Virus record (IMG/VR): IMGVR_UViG_3300038675_000120
Span: 1 to 40,541 of that record
Length of the DNA stretch: 40,541 nucleotides
Source of the DNA: a virus
Lineage: Duplodnaviria > Caudoviricetes
Strand: one strand, 5' to 3'
Shown here: positions 34,696 through 40,541 of the stretch, in pieces
Layout of the letters: the number at the start of each line of letters is the position of its first letter
Numbering within the stretch: the stretch's first letter is position 1
Program-made: the position numbers and the translations under genes
The notes under the pieces: model-generated
The model's input: the letters and a program-made list of their open reading frames with translations, nothing else
Database searches by the model: none
What the model was told of the DNA's origin: nothing

Positions 34696-34790
34696 TCGTG
34701 TTTAAGCCCACGAAGAGGCTCGGCTACAATTCACAGTTTTACGCCGTGAGAGGCGCACAGTTTATCGACGTGAGAGGTCGTCGTAGCCAA
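34696..34790 (-). ncRNA. three tandem H-type pseudoknots in scaffold 5' UTR
   Basis: CGAC/GUCG, CGCC/GGCG and AGCC/GGCU stems, each loop complementary to sequence after a UAAA(A)C linker. Confidence 0.7.
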
Positions 34791-34791
34791 A

Positions 34792-35139
34792 TCATTCAGG
34801 ACTGAATACTTCCGAGTCCTCATCCTTTTTAACCGGCTCAAGGACTTTCTCCTTGTCCAGTACAAATTGTTCTAGGTCGAGGGCGAATTCCTTCACTGCC
34901 CCCAACATCCCCAAATAAAATGAGCCTTGGTTTAAGTCTTGCTTCGCTCGGTTCAAGATTTCCGTCTCTTTGCCCCTAAGATAAATCTCAAGAATCTTGC
35001 CGAACTTAGACTTCAAAACATTCTCGACATAATCCCCGACGGCTCTGATGGCGGAAACATCACCACGCCCACACTTAATCATCAGCTCCGAGATTTCGGG
35101 GTAATCGTCGACTGTCTTAACTTTTTTGGGTCTACCCAC
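34792..35139 (-). CDS. hypothetical protein between portal and scaffold
   Basis: Likely GTG start (MGRPKK) overlapping portal stop. Confidence 0.65.
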   Translation of the reverse strand: MGRPKKVKTVDDYPEISELMIKCGRGDVSAIRAVGDYVENVLKSKFGKILEIYLRGKETEILNRAKQDLNQGSFYLGMLGAVKEFALDLEQFVLDKEKVLEPVKKDEDSEVFSPE

Positions 35140-37150
35140 TGGCGAACTTCTTTCCATGAATCGGTTCAAGAGCCGCTTCCTTCTCAATCTCAAGCATATT
35201 CTTTGCCCTCTGCATCTGAATGGCGACTTTGAGCTTATCGTTCTCCGCTTGCATTTGTCCGACCATCGCCTGATTCATCTCCTGCGGAGTCTTCAGAAGC
35301 ACCTGACTAGTCTTAATGTCGTGCGAATCGAGGAACAGTTTCCGCAACTGATCTTGGCGAATAAACGGGTCATTCACGAGCATCTGGAATAACGCCTGAT
35401 ACTGTGCCGAACGAGCGGTCGGGTCAGCGTCAGCAATCTTTCCATTCGGAACAATATTAAACTTTCCTTGAATCTCCTGCCGAGTAACACGAATGGGCTG
35501 TTGCCCAGTAATCGCCAGCTCCTCAACCTCATCGCCAAATTGGTAGTAGAGCGAATCAATCTGGTAATACAGGTCTGCCATCTGGTACTGAAACACAAGT
35601 AAATCCATCGCCGTGTTTTGGGAAGCTATCGACGCAATTGCACTTACTTCCTTTGCGGTCTTAGTGCCAATCTGCGTAGCACCAGGCGTGTTATTCGCAG
35701 AAGAAAGAGCGGCCTGCATATTCCCCACCCTGTCATTCGCCCACGCCTTCAAATACTGCATATTTGCGAAACGGGCAGACTGCCCAAGGTTCGGGTTTTG
35801 AGTCACCTGATAGTCGGCTGCCCCGTTCTCCGTCTCGACTACCTGACCCGGAACATAACGCAGGTTTCGGAGATTCTTTATAGAATTCTTCCGAGCGACG
35901 ACTGTGGGAGTCGTGCTAATTGTGCCTGCGTCAATGTCTTGATTAAATAGCGTCGAAATACCAGTCTGAAAATCATCGTCAAGTTGCGCAACCCCACGAG
36001 AACTCATAATCTCAGCGTCGTTAAATTCTCTGCGAACCACCACATAAGGAAACATCCCGTGGTCGTAGGGATTCTCGATGAAGAATAAAATCTGCCGTGC
36101 GTTATTCTGCGGATAACAAATTCTCACTCGCTCATCAATCCCGTCACCATTCACATCGTACCAAGTATCCACTTCGCAAAGAGTGATGTCCTCCGTGTCC
36201 TTCACGAAATAATTAGAAACACCGTCACGCAAAGATTTGAGGTAGTCGGCTGTGGAGTTTCCGTAATCATTCGTCCCTGCCCATTGGTCAATCTCTGAGT
36301 CGCTATACTTCTTGTACTTGCCCGACTGCATCAATGCTTTGATTTGGTTCTTCGACTTCTTGAACTTGTGTTCGATGAACAGTGCTTCCTGAATATCGGT
36401 GGTGTCGGCGGGAAACATCACATCGGTGCGGGGATTGAGTGCGAGCACATCAGCGTGGTTCGCTTTTTTTTCAACGAACGAGAACTCAAACTTCGTCTTG
36501 CCCTCACGGAACTCTCCGACCACCCGCTTAATCTCATCAATGTTTTCTTGGAGAGAAGTGTCGGGCAACATCTCTTCTGCGATAATTTGCCCCAACGTGT
36601 TGTCATCCACCTCCGGCATATAAAGTGCTTCAAGAACTTTCTGATCCAAATCAGCCAAGTCCAACTTCTTGCAGTAGTACCCCAACTCAAACTTCCAACC
36701 AGTCTTAAAAAGTGTGAAGCCGTTGTTCAGCAAATAATCAACTCCGAGGCAGTAAGGCTTGAAGAACTTCACCTGCGTTCTCATCCGCCAGTCAAATAAC
36801 TGTTCACGCCTCTTTGCTGGTTCAATATCCTCCGCACCGAACGGCTCATAGGTGCAGATAGGAGAAACACCGAACGCCATGTTGATGTAGGCGGGTTTCA
36901 AACGATTGATGTCTGTATCAATCTGAGGAAGGACAAAATTTGCGGCGCCGACCCAAGGGAAATTCTTCTTCGCACGAATCCCGTACCGTTTCTTCGTCAG
37001 CGAATCAATGCGGTTTTCCCACACGCTCCGCTTATTTTTTTCATCAGCGGCAAGCCCGCTCAACTTCTCAACGAAAGCAAGAGCATCTTCCGTGAGCTTG
37101 ACTTCCTTCAAATCTTCAAGGTTTTCCGCACCCTTGGTATCGTATGGCAT
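35132..37150 (-). CDS. portal protein (P22-like)
   Basis: 672 aa after TerL; DVNGDGIDE, NPYDHGMFPY, TAKEV, Q-rich C-terminal barrel. Confidence 0.9.
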   Translation of the reverse strand: MPYDTKGAENLEDLKEVKLTEDALAFVEKLSGLAADEKNKRSVWENRIDSLTKKRYGIRAKKNFPWVGAANFVLPQIDTDINRLKPAYINMAFGVSPICTYEPFGAEDIEPAKRREQLFDWRMRTQVKFFKPYCLGVDYLLNNGFTLFKTGWKFELGYYCKKLDLADLDQKVLEALYMPEVDDNTLGQIIAEEMLPDTSLQENIDEIKRVVGEFREGKTKFEFSFVEKKANHADVLALNPRTDVMFPADTTDIQEALFIEHKFKKSKNQIKALMQSGKYKKYSDSEIDQWAGTNDYGNSTADYLKSLRDGVSNYFVKDTEDITLCEVDTWYDVNGDGIDERVRICYPQNNARQILFFIENPYDHGMFPYVVVRREFNDAEIMSSRGVAQLDDDFQTGISTLFNQDIDAGTISTTPTVVARKNSIKNLRNLRYVPGQVVETENGAADYQVTQNPNLGQSARFANMQYLKAWANDRVGNMQAALSSANNTPGATQIGTKTAKEVSAIASIASQNTAMDLLVFQYQMADLYYQIDSLYYQFGDEVEELAITGQQPIRVTRQEIQGKFNIVPNGKIADADPTARSAQYQALFQMLVNDPFIRQDQLRKLFLDSHDIKTSQVLLKTPQEMNQAMVGQMQAENDKLKVAIQMQRAKNMLEIEKEAALEPIHGKKFASG

Positions 37151-37166
37151 AAGTTTCTCCTAAGAA

Positions 37167-37192
37167 TCCGTCCTATAATCTATTTTACCATA
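37167..37192 (-). promoter_or_regulatory. late promoter/operator, copy B
   Basis: TATGGTAAAATAGATTATAGGACGGA upstream of portal RBS. Confidence 0.7.
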
Positions 37193-37202
37193 TGCGTTTT
37201 CA

Positions 37203-38678
37203 TCATAAGTTGTAACCGCTGTAATCATCCTCTAAAATGTCGGATTCTATGTCCATTCTTGTGCCGTGCCCGACACGATCCGTCCCCGCCTCGATCTCTT
37301 TATCAGCGTCAAGAGTACTCACATAATCGAGCGTATAAAGACCCATGGCAAAAGCATCGGCACGGTCTGGCGAACACCCGAGAGAATCCCTTAAATCCGC
37401 CTTGCTCAAAACAGTCATCTTTGTTACCGACTTGTCGGGGTCGAAGCGAATCCCACCCAACTGCCTAGCAAGCTCAAAATCCGCAGGGTCTAACGCCACT
37501 TTGTTATTGGCGAACTTGTCCCCAGCCTCCCACCAAATCTGCGAGCGAAGATTCCTGTACTTCGCCTCTTTAATCTTCGATGTCGGCGCTTTCCCAGTAT
37601 TTATAGCAAACACGGGTTCGGAGAGTTGGTTAAGGCCGTCCACCACCCCTTCACCAATACCCCCCGAATCAACGGCTATAATTTGTGCCCCGTGTTGTCT
37701 GCGAAACATCGCTAACCTTGCCGCAGTCTCAATCGGTCGTTTATGCTCAATAATCAGCTCCTCAATGACGTGGTAGATGCCTCCAGTAAGTCCCATGAGA
37801 AACGTCACGTTGTTGTCGCCAGTAATAGCGGGGTCGTTCACAACAATCTTCTTCGTCAGTTTTCCTTCCACTCTCCTAGACTTCGCTTCCTCAATCCAGC
37901 TCCCCCTAATACACAAGTCACTCCCCGCCAAGTCATCCCACGACCCATGCAGATAAGCGGCTAAAAGATGCGGTCTGTGCTTGAACGCCTCACTTAAATT
38001 CTCGATGTAGGACTTCGGCAGATAGGGGTTATCGGTCGGCAACGCCTTGATATAGCGAAACCCCTTCTGCGGATTTAAAATAAAATCGTTCTTCAGCCAG
38101 CACTGCGCCGGGTTCGCCGACATCATCACTTGATAATCGGGATTGAATTTCTGCCCATCAGGGGTCTTCGCAATGTGCCTTAAAGTACCCCGAAGCATCG
38201 CAAACGAGTCCTTCTCAATCTCCTCGGCTTGGTCAACGGCAATGTTCCCGTACTCCGCTGAGTTAAGAGACTGAATCAGCAACGGATCGTCTAACCCGCC
38301 GTAATCAACCACAGACCCATTAAATATAAAAATCTTCTTCTTCTGCTCGTGAATCCTGTAACACTGGCTCGGCACACACTTCTTCCAAGTCTCCAGAGTA
38401 GTGTTGGTGAAATCCACCGACCGCCTGCGGCAAAAGAAAATCTTGTTATAGGGAACTTCAAGAGCCTTCCTGAACACCCAAAGGCACATAAACCATGACT
38501 TACCCCCGCCCTTGGCCCCTCCATACAAAACAAACTGTTCCGTGGCGTTCATGGCGGTGTTTTGGCGCTCGCTTAACTCAAAGTCCAACGCATCGGGCGC
38601 TTTTAAGCCCTCAACAGTGGCCTCACGAACATCCACCACCGACTCCTTCGTTACCCTCTTAATTTTCTGGTTCGCCAC
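37203..38678 (-). CDS. terL: terminase large subunit
   Basis: YGGAKGGGKS Walker A, IAVDQAEE Walker B, SANP, DNPYL, NDPA and SPDRADA nuclease motifs. Confidence 0.95.
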   Translation of the reverse strand: MANQKIKRVTKESVVDVREATVEGLKAPDALDFELSERQNTAMNATEQFVLYGGAKGGGKSWFMCLWVFRKALEVPYNKIFFCRRRSVDFTNTTLETWKKCVPSQCYRIHEQKKKIFIFNGSVVDYGGLDDPLLIQSLNSAEYGNIAVDQAEEIEKDSFAMLRGTLRHIAKTPDGQKFNPDYQVMMSANPAQCWLKNDFILNPQKGFRYIKALPTDNPYLPKSYIENLSEAFKHRPHLLAAYLHGSWDDLAGSDLCIRGSWIEEAKSRRVEGKLTKKIVVNDPAITGDNNVTFLMGLTGGIYHVIEELIIEHKRPIETAARLAMFRRQHGAQIIAVDSGGIGEGVVDGLNQLSEPVFAINTGKAPTSKIKEAKYRNLRSQIWWEAGDKFANNKVALDPADFELARQLGGIRFDPDKSVTKMTVLSKADLRDSLGCSPDRADAFAMGLYTLDYVSTLDADKEIEAGTDRVGHGTRMDIESDILEDDYSGYNL

Positions 38679-39087
38679 TTATATCCTCAACATTCTTTCC
38701 ACCACCATGCACACTCTTGTACTTGCCAAAAAAATCACTATTCCAAACCCCCTTAAACTTATCCTCGGTGTACCCATCCCGCTTCAGCAACTGCGCAATT
38801 GCATCAGCAGACTCCTCATCATCAACCGAAATCACCATCTCCGTACCATATGACTTTACCTCCCTAACCCTCGAATCCCTCACCATCAAAGCCCTCAAAA
38901 CCACCCCCTCCTCCCTCGTCAACGCCCACTCCCTAAACGCATACCGAAACACCTGAAAAGCGTTCCTTAACTGCACGAGCGAATACGGTATACAACTCAT
39001 CCGCATCTTCTCCTCAGCCAACCTGTAAATCTCTATGACATCCTTTTCCGATTGCGCAAGTTGACGTGGGGTGTAGGAACAGTTCAT
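38659..39087 (-). CDS. hypothetical protein
   Basis: Coupled ORF upstream of terL. Confidence 0.6.
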   Translation of the reverse strand: MNCSYTPRQLAQSEKDVIEIYRLAEEKMRMSCIPYSLVQLRNAFQVFRYAFREWALTREEGVVLRALMVRDSRVREVKSYGTEMVISVDDEESADAIAQLLKRDGYTEDKFKGVWNSDFFGKYKSVHGGGKNVEDISGEPEN

Positions 39088-39245
39088 TTTTTATCTTTTA
39101 AGAACGGATTCATCACTAGCTTGGCTCGACCACGAGCGATTAATAAACAAGTTAAACACTCACAATCATTTACAGCAAGGCGGGCAAGACGCTCCTCCTC
39201 TGTCTCGCCCTCAAGTAAGTGTTTTTTATATTCCTCTTCGGTCAT
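39084..39245 (-). CDS. hypothetical protein (53 aa)
   Basis: MTEEEYKKHLLEGETEEER...CECLTC; ATGA coupling. Confidence 0.55.
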   Translation of the reverse strand: MTEEEYKKHLLEGETEEERLARLAVNDCECLTCLLIARGRAKLVMNPFLKDKK

Positions 39246-39405
39246 CTCGCACCATGGGGTGAAACATGGGTTGAAATTTTGGGCGAATTATGTGCGGGCG
39301 ATATAACAGTAACAGTGGGTGGGCGGGTAAGGGTATGCCGGCTTATCCCACCCCACCCCTCGAGCGTGATACGCAACGTCCGATAATATAAGTTAAGTGA
39401 AGTGG

Positions 39406-39918
39406 TCATGGACTGGTCGTATCTTCTTTGTTATCAATTGGTTGCGTTCGGACAATGAAGTTAATCTGGACTGGATTATAGGACGTAGATTGCTCCTTTT
39501 GCTCTTTTCCGTAGCCGATCATGCCGAGGGCGTGCTTGGTCGAATCCAATTTTATACGCTCGTCTGATGAGCGGACGCATTCCTGGAGCGAAACGAACAA
39601 ATCGCCCTCTGTTAGCCCGGCCTGCTCAAGTAAAAACAATGCCCTAGCTTGAATCCCTTCTCTCTTAATTACTTCGTGAGCGTTTGCTCTTGCTGTAAGA
39701 TCGGCTGCGTTAGGGTATGCTTTCTTATAAGCGTCTACTTGGGATTGCCCTTTTGCCAGTTCACGAGCCATTATTTCATATTTTGCTTTCCTTAGAGGTT
39801 TTTTGGGGTCTATTGCCCGATTTCTTGCGTTTAAATGCGTTTTAAGCCCCGATTTTTGTTTTGGAGGGGTGGGACATGGGTCGGAATTTTGAGTGCCTGT
39901 AATGTCAAATTCTTTCAT
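39406..39918 (-). CDS. terS: terminase small subunit
   Basis: G.SQVDAYKKAY...A.ANA..V....I HTH pattern; upstream of terL. Confidence 0.75.
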   Translation of the reverse strand: MKEFDITGTQNSDPCPTPPKQKSGLKTHLNARNRAIDPKKPLRKAKYEIMARELAKGQSQVDAYKKAYPNAADLTARANAHEVIKREGIQARALFLLEQAGLTEGDLFVSLQECVRSSDERIKLDSTKHALGMIGYGKEQKEQSTSYNPVQINFIVRTQPIDNKEDTTSP

Positions 39919-40061
39919 TGTTCCCTAGGGACAGCCCGCAGTAGTTTTTGGTTGGGGCAACGGATTATGCGTATTTCTGCGTGTTGCTTGCATTGCAAGG
40001 TGCATTTCTCGCATTTCTTGTTTATTCGTGTTGGCTTGCCCGATCTTGTGAACTCTATCAT
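39915..40061 (-). CDS. small Cys-rich protein (48 aa)
   Basis: INKKCEKCTLQCKQHAEIRIIRCP; ATGA coupling to terS. Confidence 0.6.
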   Translation of the reverse strand: MIEFTRSGKPTRINKKCEKCTLQCKQHAEIRIIRCPNQKLLRAVPREQ

Positions 40062-40147
40062 ACGTCCGATAATCTCCCATGACTGGAGTGTATATTTTTA
40101 TTGCCGATTATTCAAGAAAAAAAATGTGATTATTTTGTGCTAAAGAC

Positions 40148-40175
40148 TTGACATTATCTTGCCGAATGATATACT
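40148..40175 (+). promoter_or_regulatory. strong sigma70-type early promoter
   Basis: TTGACA-16 nt-TATACT with extended -10 TG. Confidence 0.8.
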
Positions 40176-40224
40176 GTAAGCATGAGAGATCAGTTAACCA
40201 GGATCACAACAGGAGGGAAATAAA

Positions 40225-40541
40225 ATGACAAACGACAAAGCAACGCCGAGGCCGTGGACGTTTGAGAAGCATATCAAGCATACAAAAGACCAAGAGCTAA
40301 AATGGTTCGGAAACATTGTCGGGCATTATGGAAATAATGTTATCCGTACAATATCCTGCCAATGTCGGTATGGCACAGATGAAGAAAACCAAGCAAACGC
40401 CGAGTTAATCGTCCGAGCCGTCAATAACTTTGACAGCTTGCTTTTTGCGGCTGAGGAAGCTCGGAGTTTTTTAGAAGGCCAGGCGATTTTAACCTGTGAA
40501 CAAGAGGCGCTTCTTGAAGTTCTCAGCCAAGCCATCACCAA
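40225..40541 (+). CDS. early phage protein, 3'-truncated by window end
   Basis: AGGAGG RBS; MTNDKATPRPW...ANAELIVRAVN..DSLL common phage motif; no stop before end. Confidence 0.8.
   Translation, partial: MTNDKATPRPWTFEKHIKHTKDQELKWFGNIVGHYGNNVIRTISCQCRYGTDEENQANAELIVRAVNNFDSLLFAAEEARSFLEGQAILTCEQEALLEVLSQAIT

Noticed and set aside
38215-38250. Inactive terminase because Walker B reads DQAEE
   Set aside because: All other ATPase and nuclease motifs are intact and acidic residues follow; treated as a variant
40326-40541. 71-aa - strand ORF and direct circular joining of the ends
   Set aside because: The + frame from 40225 has the promoter, RBS and phage motif; no terminal overlap supports joining 40541 to 1

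Overview
The window is a near-complete genome of a roughly 40.5 kb tailed dsDNA phage. A podovirus-like layout is inferred: P22/T7-like portal, adaptor, nozzle and ejection proteins, with no tape measure gene. It has two converging arms. The + strand early arm (40225 to the window end, then 1-11082) has a strong sigma70-like promoter, an RHH regulator, a secreted glucosaminidase-like protein, a Cas4-like nuclease, a replication initiator with internal iterons, a DnaB-type helicase, an HNH nuclease, a metallophosphoesterase and many small accessory genes. The - strand late arm (40061 down to 11083) runs TerS, TerL, portal, scaffold, major capsid, head-tail and ejection proteins, fibre/lectin proteins, then a holin/spanin-like cluster. 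The most striking feature is a ~6.7 kb sugar-building and glycosylation cassette inserted between the capsid and adaptor genes. It encodes a methyltransferase, GT2, a nucleotide-sugar dehydrogenase fused to an acetyltransferase, a PIG-L deacetylase, WbqC, a nucleotidyltransferase-kinase fusion and GT4, and is a candidate virion-decoration system. Items missed by the ORF track include a stand-alone class III RNR glycyl-radical peptide in the lysis region, three tandem covarying pseudoknots before the scaffold gene, a repeated late promoter/operator, a perfect 731-bp tandem duplication, a 16-bp duplication that fuses two genes, and tRNA-like RNA structures. I recognised no integrase, DNA polymerase, reverse transcriptase, CRISPR array or canonical tRNA. 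All family calls come from motifs read by eye, not from database searches.
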